DNA of 64,000 nt from contig OZ025728.1 of the NCBI GenBank assembly GCA_964019335.1, positions 372,001-436,000 of the forward strand, given 5' to 3'. This document shows positions 43,590 through 55,299 of the stretch, piece by piece (within the stretch, counting starts at the first letter, position 1; each line of letters begins with the position of its first letter). The notes beneath the pieces were generated by a model that had not been told where the DNA came from, searched no databases, and saw nothing but the letters and a program-made list of their open reading frames with translations. Position numbers and translations under genes: made by a program. Source of the stretch: Diplonema japonicum. Lineage: Eukaryota > Protista > Euglenozoa: Diplonemea.

Positions 43590-43940
43590 CGAGTAGAGAA
43601 AAAAAAAGGGAGGGGAACTCATTTGCAGTTTATTATTATTATTATTATTCTCAAGCTTTATTCTCTATACTTGTTGCAAAAGAAATGCTGCATTAAGTCG
43701 TAAAGGTATTTTTCACCCCTCTCCCCATTTCCCTCTCTTTTATTATTCCTTGTGGAATGGCATGCATGGTGTTGCGAGGCATTTTTATTCGCTAGACCGC
43801 GTATTCGCTTGTTTTTTCCAAAAAAGGAGAAGAAAACAAAAAGAGAGAGAGAGAAAGAAAAAAAAAAAAAAAAAGGAAAGAAAACTTGGAGTATGGATGG
43901 TATCAATACTTCACTTTATCTCTTAAATCTTTTCATCAGG

Positions 43941-43998
<58 letters not shown>

Positions 43999-44736
43999 CT
44001 TTTATTTTCTTCTTTTTTTTAAATTTATTTTTTTTTCCTTACTTCAATTCGTGTTGTAGAGTTAGGTTGGTTTTTGGGATTCCTTTCTTTTTTTCTTCTT
44101 CTTCTTTCCATTTTCCCTCACGACTCTCTGCCCTATTGTGCTCCGAGCATTTGCTTAGGAGGTTATGTTTCTTAGCAGTTGCGAAAGTACAGCAGAGAAA
44201 AGCGTTTGCAAAAGAAAGAAAGAAAGAAAGAAAGAAAGAAAAAAAAAGAAAGTTGACATATCCCCTTTGCTAATTGCTGCTCTACTCTTTTTTTTTCTCT
44301 TTTCTTTTTAAAAAAAAAAAAAAAATAATGACCTTTTCATGTCATGGTGTGCATCAACTACTAACACCGCTTAACGATGAGTACACGGGGTGAACACGAA
44401 ACCAGAAATTTCGGTTTCGTGTTCCCCCCGTGATCCCTCTCTTATGGGACCCCACAGGGACCAGGCTAGCATTGTCACACACATGGATAAAAAAGAAAAC
44501 CGGTCCTTTTTTTTTTTTTAAATTTTTTTTTCTATACACAAAGATCTAAACTGTGAGTATGAAGGGCTGCTTTTGCGCTGGAAGGGAGGGCTCCGAGGAA
44601 GGAATTATCCCAACAACATCTCAATCTTTCATAACGTGGATGTTCTCCATCACTCTCTCTTTTTTTGCCTTCTGCAGGACTTCAGAAATACAGTTATCTT
44701 CTTCTTTTTAATTCTTTACTTGTTTTTTTTTTTTTT

Positions 44737-44768
<32 letters not shown>

Positions 44769-44925
44769 TTTAATATATATATCACTCTTTCCTTTGCTTC
44801 ATATTGTAGAGGTCAGAGTGAAGAATAAAATTCCTCCCTTTTTCTTCTTCTTTTTTCTTTTCTTTTTGTTCCCTCTTCTTCTTCTTCATACATGGTTGTT
44901 CCCACCACCACCAGGTTTTTACCCA

Positions 44926-44970
<45 letters not shown>

Positions 44971-44976
44971 CAAAAG
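43590..44976 (+). repeat. Duplicated upstream block, copy 1 (precedes the tyrosinase gene)
   Basis: Colinear with 46772-48077 through more than 12 conserved blocks, e.g. CCCTCACGACTCTCTGCCCTATTGTGCTCCGAGCATTTGCTTA, up to the ATG. Confidence 0.92.
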
Positions 44977-46626
44977 ATGCATACTTCGGTGCTTCTAGCG
45001 CTAATCCTGAGCCTAGCGGGTGGGGCAGCAGCAGCGGAAAAGTGCACCGACCTGCGGCTCTCCGGCGGGGGGATCTGGGTGGACAAGCCTTACGAGACTG
45101 GTTGTGACTGGTACGGTGCGGTGGCGCAGCGCTGCGGGTGGTACGGCTCTCGCTACCGGAACGAACACGTGGCGAACGAGGCGTGCTGCGTGTGCGGCGG
45201 GGGGAAGACCTCAAACGAGACCGATGTGCCGGCGACGCCCAGCCCGCCCACCGATGCGCCGGCGACGCCCAGCCCGCCCACCGGGTGCGGGCCGCGTGTG
45301 AGGAAGGGGTGGTCCATGCTGTCGTGCACGGAGAGGGAGCACTTCATCGAGGCAGTGCGGACGCTGCACTCGGAGAATACCACAGACTACCACGACCTGT
45401 CGCAGCTGCACAGGAACAACGGAAGGTACGCGCACGGGACTTCTGCCTTCCTCCCCTGGCACCGCTGGTTCCTGGTCGGCTACGAGAACGCCCTGCGCTC
45501 CCTCCCCGGGTTCGAGTGCATGACGGTCCCGTACTGGGACTGGGAGAGGGACGACGCGGAGGAGCGCTTCAGCACAACCTTCAGGGCGAAGACCTTCGGA
45601 ACGAGGAGCGGTGTGGGGGGCTGGCCCGACAACTGCGTGACGGAGGGAGTGGCGGCGGGGTGGACGGCATCGGACGGGGATTGCCTGTCCAGGAACTGGG
45701 GCGGGGCTGGGTTCGCAGGGGCGATGGAGATCTCGGCGATCATCACCTCGAACGCGGCCTTCCGGAACTTCCGCCCCGTCTTGGAGGGGAACCCGCACGC
45801 CGCCCCGCACATCTACGTCAGCGGCCACATGGGGTCGTACCTGAGCCCCGACGACCCGCTCTTCTTCGTGCACCACGCGAACGTGGACAGGATATGGGCC
45901 TTGTGGCAGGACTACCACGGCTACGACGAGGTCCCGAAGGACGCCCTCAACGAGACCATCTACTTCTCCGCTTCGTCCGCTGAGGACATGAGCCTGGAGG
46001 GGACGCTGCCCTTCACCGTGGACGGGAGCAGGATCCCCACCTTCTTCAAGGACCACCCCGCCACCATCCGCGACATGCACAGCATCACAGACCTCCCATA
46101 CGGTGCGAGCTACACCTACGGCACGGACACCCTTGCGGACCTCATCGGGAGCCCCTTGAGGGGGAGCTGGGACCTCGTTGTTCCCGGGACGGCCCCGAAG
46201 CTGACGTGCTGCGGTGACGGGACAGTGGACACTGCGGAGATGGGGGGTGCTGAGGAGTGCGACGACGGGAACACTGTTGACGGGGACGGCTGTTCCTCCA
46301 CCTGTGTGAGCGAGGGGGGAGCTTCCAGGGAGGGGGCTGTTCTCAACAACAAGGACAACAACAAGAACAACAAGGAGGGCAATTCCCGCGCAGCGTTCAA
46401 GGAGCACTTCCTCTCAGACAAGAACCTCGAGTTGATGTTCGACGAGGCAGACGCGACGAGGGAGAAGGAGGGGGAGAGCAAGTCTGATATGTTTAAAGAC
46501 CTTGCGCAAGAGGAATGCCACAGACACTCCACCGGCCAGGACCAGATCCCCGACTCTTTCATCTCCATGATGAGGGCACCGGTCTCCGCACGTGGTCTGT
46601 ACAAGCCTTGCGGTTCCTTGAAGTAG
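44977..46626 (+). CDS. Secreted tyrosinase / type-3 copper protein (549 aa)
   Basis: Signal peptide; EACCVCGGG Cys domain; PT linker; CuA AHGTSAFLPWHR and PYWDW; CuB PHAAPH...DPLFFVHHANVDRIW; CGDG...EECDDGN...DGCSSTC repeat. Confidence 0.92.
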   Translation: MHTSVLLALILSLAGGAAAAEKCTDLRLSGGGIWVDKPYETGCDWYGAVAQRCGWYGSRYRNEHVANEACCVCGGGKTSNETDVPATPSPPTDAPATPSPPTGCGPRVRKGWSMLSCTEREHFIEAVRTLHSENTTDYHDLSQLHRNNGRYAHGTSAFLPWHRWFLVGYENALRSLPGFECMTVPYWDWERDDAEERFSTTFRAKTFGTRSGVGGWPDNCVTEGVAAGWTASDGDCLSRNWGGAGFAGAMEISAIITSNAAFRNFRPVLEGNPHAAPHIYVSGHMGSYLSPDDPLFFVHHANVDRIWALWQDYHGYDEVPKDALNETIYFSASSAEDMSLEGTLPFTVDGSRIPTFFKDHPATIRDMHSITDLPYGASYTYGTDTLADLIGSPLRGSWDLVVPGTAPKLTCCGDGTVDTAEMGGAEECDDGNTVDGDGCSSTCVSEGGASREGAVLNNKDNNKNNKEGNSRAAFKEHFLSDKNLELMFDEADATREKEGESKSDMFKDLAQEECHRHSTGQDQIPDSFISMMRAPVSARGLYKPCGSLK

Positions 46627-46771
46627 AGAGGCACAAAGAAAACAATCACTCCGCTTTTCTTTCTTGCGGGAGTTTTTTATTTTATTTTTTCCCCTACTAA
46701 AAAATCTGTTTTTTCAAAAAAAAAAAAAAAAAAAAAAGAGTACATATCTTAATTCCTTGTGCATTTTGGGC

Positions 46772-47393
46772 CGAGTGGAGAAAAAAAGGGGGAAGAAGAA
46801 AAAAAAAGCACAAAAAAAAACTAATTTGCAATTTTTTTTTGTTTTTATTTTTTTTTTATTCTCAAGCTTTATTCTCTATACTTGTTGCAAAAGAAATGCA
46901 TTAAATCGTAAAGGTATTTTTCACTCCCTTTCCCCCCTTCGTTTCCTACTTTTTTTTATTATTATTCCTTGCGGAATGGTATTCAAAAAAAAAAAAAGAA
47001 AAAAAAAGAAGGAGAGAGAGAGAGAGAGAGACAGAAAAAAAAAAAGAAGGAAAGAAAGAAAACCTGGAGTACGGATCGTAACAATCCTTCAGTTTATCGC
47101 TTATCTTTTCATTATCAGGTGTTTCTCTCTATTCCTCTCATTTCTTTTTCTGTTCTTTTAAATTCATTTTTTTCTTCAATTCGTGTTCATTTTTGTAGAG
47201 TTGGTTTTTGGGATTCCTTTTATTTTTTTCTAAATTTTCCCCCCCTCACGACTCTCTGCCCTATTGTGCTCCGAGCATTTGCTTAAGAGGTTATGTTTCT
47301 TAGCAGTTGCGAAAGTACAGCAGAGAAAAGCGTTTGAAAGATTGGAAAAAAAAAAAAAAAGTTGACATATCCCTTTTGCTAATTGCTGCTCTA

Positions 47394-47438
<45 letters not shown>

Positions 47439-47859
47439 GACCCCTTTTCATGTCATGGTAGCACCGCTTAGCGATGAGTTCCCCGTGATCCCTCTCTTAT
47501 GGGACCCCACAGGGACCAGGCTAGCATTGTGTCACACACATGGATAAAAAAAAAAAGAAAACTGGTCTTTTTTTCTTCTTCTTTTTGCTTTCTTCCCTCT
47601 CCTTTAAATATTTATTGCATCAACAAAGATCTAAACTGTGAGTATGAAGGGCTGCTTGTTGCGCTGGTGGGGCACTGCCTCCGGCTGCTCCTTCGAAGGA
47701 GGCATCTCAATCTTTCATAACGTGAATGTTCTCACTCTTCTTCTTTTTTTTGCCTTCTGCAGGACTTCCGGGCATCTCCACAGCAGGGTAAGCCTGGATT
47801 CAGAAATACAGTTATCTTCTCGTCTTTTTTCTTTTAAATCCTTTTGTTGTTTTTCTTCT

Positions 47860-47900
<41 letters not shown>

Positions 47901-48077
47901 CATTCTTTCCTTTACTTTCATATTGTAGAGGCGCTCAGAGTGAAAAAAAAAAGAGAAAAAAAAATAAAGAAAAAAATAAAATTCCTCCCATTTTTCTTTT
48001 TTTTGTTGTTGTTCATATAAATGGTTGTTTGAATCCCCCAACAGGTTTTTTATACACACGAAAAAAAGAAAATAATA
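46772..48077 (+). repeat. Duplicated upstream block, copy 2 (precedes the chitinase gene)
   Basis: Paralogous to 43590-44976. Confidence 0.92.
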
Positions 48078-49667
48078 ATGAAGACACTAAAGATGCTTGG
48101 GTTGATGCTGCTTGCGGCAGGGGCAGCAGGGCAGTCAGTGGCAGACTGCCAACGCTGCATCAACAGGAATGAGCCTTGCTACAAATCCGGGTGGGCAGAG
48201 CCGTGCTACCCTGGCGGGGGCAGCGCGAGCGTGTGCACGTCGAACCGGGCGACGTGGTGCCCGTCGATGGGGGGCACGGTGCCGGCGCCCCCTCCGACGC
48301 CGACGCCCCCGACCCCTCCGCCCGGGCCGTCGGCGCAGGCGGAGGAGGACAGCAGGATGATCGCCTACGTCGGGAACTGGCAGGCGTGCCCCACGGATGC
48401 GCAGATGAACGCCTACACGCACGTGCTCGTGTCGTTCGCGGTGACCTACACGTGGAACCCCGGGAAGAACACCTGCAACCAGCAGTGCCAGATCTCGTCG
48501 CCCGTGCCGGTGTGCGGGAACGCCCCGCAGCCGGCGCTCGTGCAGAAGTGGAGGGCAGCGGGGAAGAAGGTGATCCTGTCCTTCGGGGGCGCTGGGATGG
48601 GGGGCTCTTGGGACGGGCTGGACGACTGCTGGGAGTACTGCTACGGGAAGGAGGACTTCGTGATCCAGCAGCTGGTGGAGATCGCGAGGGACCAGAACTT
48701 TGACGGGGTGGACATTGACTACGAGTACTACTACGAGGACGGGCAGAGGGGGTCCTCCTTCGCGAAGGGGGCGCAGGCACAGAAGTTCCTGAGGGACGTG
48801 ACGGTCGGGCTGAGGCAGAGCCTCCCCTCCGGGAGCGAGGTCTCGCACGCCCCGATGGACATCGACATGAAGCAGGGGACCGGCTACTACAACGTCATCA
48901 AGGAGGTGGCGAGCTCCATGGACTTCATCATGCCGCAGTACTACAACGGGGTGACCCGCCCCAACTCGGACGGGATCAACGGCGGGGTACACGAGTCCGC
49001 CCTGGCGCACTACAAGACTCTTGTGACGGACTGCTTCGGGAACGACCCCACGAAGGTGGTCTTCGGCTTCTGCATCAGCGACTGCGGGGGCACCGGCTCC
49101 AACAGCAACGCGCAGCAGGCCATCAGCGTGATGGAGGACCTGAACAAGGAGTACGCCTGCAACGGGGGGGCCTTCTTCTGGGTTGCCGCCCACGACGGGA
49201 ACGGGGCCTGGTCCCAGGCAGTCTCCGCCACCGTCACTCCTTCCAGGGGGTGCAGCCACGGGAACAACCCCCCTCCTGCCTCCACCCCGATGCCTACTCC
49301 AATGCCGACCCCTGTGCCCACTACCGTCGCCTCCACCCCGGTTCCCACAACTGCCCGCACTCCTGCTCCTACCCCGATGCCTACTCCGATGCCGACCCCG
49401 ATGCCTACCCCTCAGCCCGATACCACTGTTCGCACCCCTGCCCCTACTCCGATGCCTACCCCCGCTCCCACTCCTCAGCCCGCTGCCTCCACACCGGTCC
49501 CCACCTCGGACGCCAGCTGTGCCCGCAGGATCGGTGCATGGGGTGGGTGCCTCTCAGACCCTAACTGCTGCGAGGCTGGGCTGTCGTGCTACCAGCAGAA
49601 CCAGTGGTGGGCCAGGTGCCTGTCTGTTTGCCACTACGCACCCGAGTGCGTGAAGATCGGCAACTAG
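48078..49667 (+). CDS. Secreted GH18 chitinase-like enzyme with PT linkers and a C-terminal CBM1-like module (529 aa)
   Basis: Signal peptide; KVILSFGG; catalytic FDGVDIDYE; MPQYYN; GGAFFW; C-terminal [18 protein letters not shown]. Confidence 0.92.
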   Translation: MKTLKMLGLMLLAAGAAGQSVADCQRCINRNEPCYKSGWAEPCYPGGGSASVCTSNRATWCPSMGGTVPAPPPTPTPPTPPPGPSAQAEEDSRMIAYVGNWQACPTDAQMNAYTHVLVSFAVTYTWNPGKNTCNQQCQISSPVPVCGNAPQPALVQKWRAAGKKVILSFGGAGMGGSWDGLDDCWEYCYGKEDFVIQQLVEIARDQNFDGVDIDYEYYYEDGQRGSSFAKGAQAQKFLRDVTVGLRQSLPSGSEVSHAPMDIDMKQGTGYYNVIKEVASSMDFIMPQYYNGVTRPNSDGINGGVHESALAHYKTLVTDCFGNDPTKVVFGFCISDCGGTGSNSNAQQAISVMEDLNKEYACNGGAFFWVAAHDGNGAWSQAVSATVTPSRGCSHGNNPPPASTPMPTPMPTPVPTTVASTPVPTTARTPAPTPMPTPMPTPMPTPQPDTTVRTPAPTPMPTPAPTPQPAASTPVPTSDASCARRIGAWGGCLSDPNCCEAGLSCYQQNQWWARCLSVCHYAPECVKIGN

Positions 49668-50821
49668 GCTACACTCACGATAAATAAATACACGAGATGT
49701 GAGAAAAAGGAGGGGTTCTCTCTTATTTAAAAAAGAAGAAAAAAAATTTTTTTGAAGTACTACCTTTGATTATTGAATTATTTTTGTGTCCCATTTGTGG
49801 TAAATGTTTTCTGACCAAAGCGGCTAGGAAGAGCAGGGTGTGAAAGGTGATGACACTTGTCCCTTCCCTGAACACCACTCTTTTCAAAAAAAAAAAAAAA
49901 AAAAAAAAGCCAAAAGAACCTTTGCCGGTTTCAAACCTCTTCCTCTCCCTCTCTCTTTTTTTTTTTTAAAGCAAATTCTTTTTTTTCTTTGGTGGGTCGT
50001 AGCCAACATATTTCTCGTCCCATCATACTTTTTCTTGTTTTTTTTTTTTTTTTTTTTTTTGAGATACGTAGAGACAAAGGAGGGACGTTCTAAACAAGAA
50101 CCTCCTTTATCTCATCTCTTTATTTCCTTTTTGTATCACAGGCTTCACTTTTTATAAAGGTACCTCCAAAATAATATTCTCAAAGGTCCTACACGAAGTC
50201 CATCCACCTGATACTCTTCTTCATATGACTATTTTCTTCAAGATTGATTTTTTATTTATTTACTTAGTTACTTTCTTTTGTCTGATAAATATTCCACACA
50301 GGTTTATTTTTCTATTTATTTAAACACTCTTCTTGAAAATGTCACGCGCGATTGCTGCATGTGTCCTGCTGCTTGGGTCCCTCGTCGGGACGGCTGTTGC
50401 CCAGACATGCCCCCTCACCTTCGTGGGGACGTGAAGCAGTTCGTGGTGGAGCAGGAGAACGGGACCAAAACTGCAACAACTTCGTTTACCGCATCTAGGT
50501 GATGGATGGAAGGGTCGAAGGAAAGAACAGCTGCAAGCTAATTGAAGTCGTGAAGCACCTCCTTCTGGAATGCAACAATACATAAACTGGATAAAGCAGC
50601 GGTCGAAGTGGGCAGGGATGAGATTTTAGCATGTTAAAAGCAGTTCGTGTGCATGTGGGGTTGACACATGCCCTCACAGAAGAGCCCTTTATATATACAA
50701 TCTTTGTTAACGTGATCCAAACTAGCTTACTAGAAAAGTGCATCTCTAAAATGGAATAGAATAGCGGAAATATGTGGACGTTCCAAAGGTAGCTGATCCG
50801 ACGTTATTGGGATTTTATCTA

Positions 50822-53331
50822 CTGTAAAACAAAAATCACCGGAAGATAAAATGTCCGGAAGAGAAATTGTCCGGAAGATAAAATGTCCGGAAGCTCTGGC
50901 GGTCCGGATATTTTTTCTTCCGGACATTTTTTTCCCGGGACCCCCTTTTCTTTTAAGGGCTGGACCCGAAAACGGATGAAACTAGTTTCTGTAGCAAGAG
51001 AAAAATCAAACGAAAATCAGAGAGAATTGAATTACGGACTTTTCCAAGAACTAAAAGATACCTCAGATCCTGATTGTTCGCTTCTACCACAAACTTGTCG
51101 AACCGAACCACTCCTTGTGCTTGCTTTAGGGTTGTTCTTGTGCTTTTTATTTCTCATTTTCCTAGCCCCCTAAACACATTCCAGACGCTTAATCTTTCAT
51201 TAAACTTACTCTTCATTAACTTTTTCAAAAATGCAACAGGGCACTTTGACTAACTGGGTTGGCAAGCGTACCTTTTTGGATGCTGGCAACTCCGGCCATC
51301 TTACCCCCAGGGAAGTGCAAGAGATCAACACCTTGCACGCCGCCAAGAAAGCAAGAAAGCCTCCTGCGAAGCTCAAGCTTGCTGAGGCTGAAAAGGCCAA
51401 AATAGGCCGCTACGCAGCCACCCATGGTACCACGGCGGCCCAGCGCTGGTACCGCGCGAAGGAAGACATCACGGTGCCAACGTCCAGTATATCAGACTGG
51501 AAACACCGCTTTGGTAGCTCCGAGGTCGATCCCCCTGCCGCACCCGTTACTGCGGGTCGCAAGCCTCTTCTGAACGAGGAAGAAACAACCAAGCTCTTTG
51601 CTTGGATCCAGGTGCAGAACGGAAGGGGGGTGCCGGTAGCAGCGTCGGACATCTGCCTGTATGCAGAGGGTCTCCTGCGCTGCAACCCGCTGCGGAAGGA
51701 GAACCTCGAGGCGTTTGGGGGAACGGTGTCTTTCTCCCAAGCCTGGGCCAACCAGCTGTGCTCCAAGCATGGCATGACAAGCCGCCGCCCAACAACAGGG
51801 AAGTCTAGCAGCCTCAATGACACCCAAGCAGCGAGGAGGTTCGCAGTACGTCGGAAGGACCATCAAAGAACATGGGATCAGGCCAGAGTTGACCTGGAAC
51901 ATGGACCAGACGGCGCTTCCCCTGCTGCCACTGGGGAAGAAGACGAAGACTAAAAGGGGTTCCAAGGTTGTCAAGGTTAGGGGCTTGGGGGACAAGCGTG
52001 CCGTCACCGGACAGTTTTGTGTTTCCCTGTCTGGTGGCAAACTGCATCCGCAGTTAATTTACACGGGAAGAACAGAACCAGCCCGCTGCAGGAAATACCC
52101 CGGGTCCGTCCCTCGTGTTGCACACCCCCCAAAAGGCTGGAGTTTAACAGCTTCGAAATCCCACTGGGCCACCCAAGAAACGCTTCAGCTCTGGGTAAAA
52201 CGTGTCTTTCTCCCCTGTTGCTATAAACTTATAAAGTCATCGGGCTGGGCACCCAACGAGCCCATCTTGCTCATCCTAGATGACTACAATGGCCACACTA
52301 CGGATGATTTTGTGAACTTGTTTTTAGAAACAAACGTTCACTTAGCTTTTGTCCCTCCAGGCCTCACCTATTTGTGCCAGCCCCTGGACATAGGACTGAA
52401 CGCCTCAATGAAGGCGACAATCAAGACCAAGTATAAAAAGTGGTCTATGAGGAGGCTGGACAAATATGTGGAAGAAGGGAACCGTCAGGAAGGGTGGACG
52501 GTACCAAGTACAAGTGAGGTAAAAGGACCACATCTGAGGTATTTTTTAAAAAATAAACTAAAATAATTCAACTTGCCCTCTTTTTTCTGCCAGGTGGGTT
52601 GAAGCAGCCTGGGAGCATGTCAGCAGGCAAGCTATACAGGCAAGCTGGGCCCATTGTTTTGGGCGTTTTTTAGAGCCTTGGTGGAGTCCTGCTTGGGAGA
52701 ATTCTCTCATTGCAGCAGCATACTGTGGTGTGCTTGCCGTTGCAGCGACGTGCTGCGGAGATGAAGAGTGGGATGAAGAGTGGGAAGAGTGGGAAGACCA
52801 GCAATATGCCAAGCTTGCTAGGCAGCTGGAAGGGGCCAGAGAAGTGTTGGATGACACGATTGTCGTGTCGTCTGACACAAGTACGGTTTCCGCCGCTTCT
52901 TGGTGGACGAAGCTTCGTTTTCCGTTTCTTTTTCTTCTTTTTCTTCGGTAGAAATGCTCCCCCCCTTGACCCAGCAAAGACTTGCTGAGGCCGAGGCCAG
53001 GCGCACTGCCAAGGCTGCGAAGGCAGCAAACAAGACGGACAAACGCACTGCCAAGGCTGCGAAGGCAGCAAAGACGGACAGGTAGGACGTTCCTCACCCC
53101 CTTTTTTTAGTTTTATTTTTGCCATTTTTAAGACTCTTGCAACAGAAACATAAGTTTTTCCAGGGAAACATGCAGCAGACAGGGGGAGGGGACAGTGCGT
53201 AGGGCAGGCTAGGTACCCCCTTGAAAAGTGCCCCAAGAAAATGTCCGGAAGATAAAATGTCCGGAAGAAAAAATCACCGGATGTTTCGGCGGTCCGGATA
53301 TTTTATCTTCCGGTGGATTTTTGTTTTACAG
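50822..53331 (+). mobile_element. Pogo-like Tc1/mariner DNA transposon, 2510 bp, TA target duplication
   Basis: TA|CTGTAAAACAAAAATCACCGGAAGATAAAAT ... ATTTTATCTTCCGGTGGATTTTTGTTTTACAG|TA; subterminal CCGGAAGA repeats at both ends. Confidence 0.93.
51231..53085 (+). pseudogene. CENP-B/pogo-type DDE transposase, one frameshift (~51840) and two introns
   Basis: HTH region, then NMDQT, LILDDYNGH and CQPLD. Introns 52539-52593 (HLR|WVEAAWEHVSRQAIQASW) and 52881-52951. Confidence 0.85.
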
Positions 53332-54940
53332 TATTTTTTTTGTCTAAAACAACTACTCACAAATGAAAACTAGTCTTTTATACAATGGTCGGCACATGAG
53401 GACAACCTATCAATAACCGTGTTAAGGAAGCAATAATGCCAAGAAGGTTTATAATTAATACTCATGATATATCGACCTTATACGGAATGAAGGGTACTTG
53501 TAACCAAGGATGTTACAAGAAGTGTGTGGCTTTGAAGGAGAAAAGGTAGGGAACTTGAGGCATTTCCAATTGATGTCGCAGTCGATGCATTATGCAGGGA
53601 CATGATGGACAGCGCTATGATGGAGAAGACGGGGCTGGTCCCGAGATAGTACCAACACCCGCGGATGAATTCTTCTCAGGTGGGGTTGAGGGTTCTCTGT
53701 CATCGTGCACCCGATGAACGAGTCCTGTGTCAACCAGGTAGTGAGAATTAACTATATGAGCTCGTCCGGAAAAAAATGTCAACAAATGCCTCTCCTATGT
53801 GGTGTAAAACTAAAAATGCACCCAACATTGTGCACGAAACACAAGGTTTTTTTTAAAAAAAAAAGTTGAAGACACAAAAATCTTCAATGTGTATTTCAAT
53901 GTTACACAAGCTGTAAGTGACCAGGTTGCACATTCTCCACCATAAAAGGACGGAGGCAAACGAAAGTTGCAATCATCGCTGTGCTCATGCGGTGCAAGCC
54001 TGGCCTCTGTCATCATCCAGCTTTGGTCTTGTGCCGAAGTAAGTAATCTCCAACACGAATATACTCAAAAACAGATCCTGTGTAGAGTACAGTCTTGCCC
54101 TTCGTGAGCCCATCAAACCAACAATGGAATATAAGAACCCTTCGTTTAATACCGAAAATTATGCTGCAGGAAAGGTCTTGAAAAGTGAAAAGCTGTAACA
54201 ACTTGGAATCGAACCAGTAACACTAAATTTTCTCTATCAATTCCTCTTGTATTTTGCCTTTTTTCAAGCAATGACAAGATTAAGGAGTTGCTCGGTTCAA
54301 TTTCACGTTTCTTTGGGTTTCCTTTGTTGTAATCGAGGATGTGTGCATAACCTGTGGCAAAGATCTTACCTGATTGGTGTCTGGCCTGATCAAGTAGGGT
54401 GCCGACATATCAACGGTCCTTGCATTGCACTTCGCTTGGAACGTTGGTAGGGGCTGGGCTTGCCTGGCTTCCACAATGAAATTTTTGGTAGCGGTGGTGC
54501 TGCGCTTGCGCAAACCCACCTTTCTTTTTTTTGTTTTGTTTTTCTCAAACATTTCGTTGCCCAGCCTCCTGAGCGTTATAACATGTGAGTAAGAAAATGA
54601 GGTTTTTTTTTTGTTTTGTTTTTCTCCTAAACATGACCATGCACCTACGTGCAAGATCCGCTGCGCAGATCATTACAAACAAACATCATCAAAACAGAGG
54701 ATTTCACAGCAGAAGACCTGCATGACGGCGATGACGTCCTAACGGTGGGGGGCGTGAGGAGACATAAACCTGCACCACAAAACGTGGAGTGCACACATGA
54801 CAGAGGACGTTCGCTTGGAACGTTGGTAGGGGCTGGGCTTGCCTGGCTTCCACAGGTGCTGCGCTTGCGCAAACCCACCTTTCTTTTTTTTTTTTTGGTG
54901 GTGGGGATAACACAGAAATATGGAAATATAAAGATACATC

Positions 54941-55299
54941 AGAAACACTTTACCTGAGACTGCTCAGAACGCGCGCGTCGGACATTTTTGTTTTGTTTTT
55001 TGCTGTGCTTTGTTGCTTTTTTGTTGCCACCCAGCGCTTAATATATAAAAAAGGAATAACATTTCTCGAAAACGGGAAAATTCGGGTAAGATGCCTGTAT
55101 TATTTATTTTATTATTTGCACCACCCCAAAAGTACTTTGTCAAAAGAAATACATGTAAACTTTTATGGAGACACGAAACATGTAAAGCAGAGAGGTAGCA
55201 ACTAGAGAGGAAAATTTGTGTTAAAAAGTTGTGTCTCCATGTGCCCGTCTTCGCACGTCTCAGGTGTGTTTCTGCACAAATTGTGCAATTTGTTATCGA
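54941..55299 (+). repeat. ~360-bp direct repeat, copy 1
   Basis: Near-identical to 57868-58227. Confidence 0.92.

Noticed and set aside
44170-44210. Spliced-leader RNA gene (CTGTACTTT on the minus strand), the expected CRE target
   Set aside because: Only a 9-nt resemblance; no SL exon or donor site recognised here or beside the CRE element
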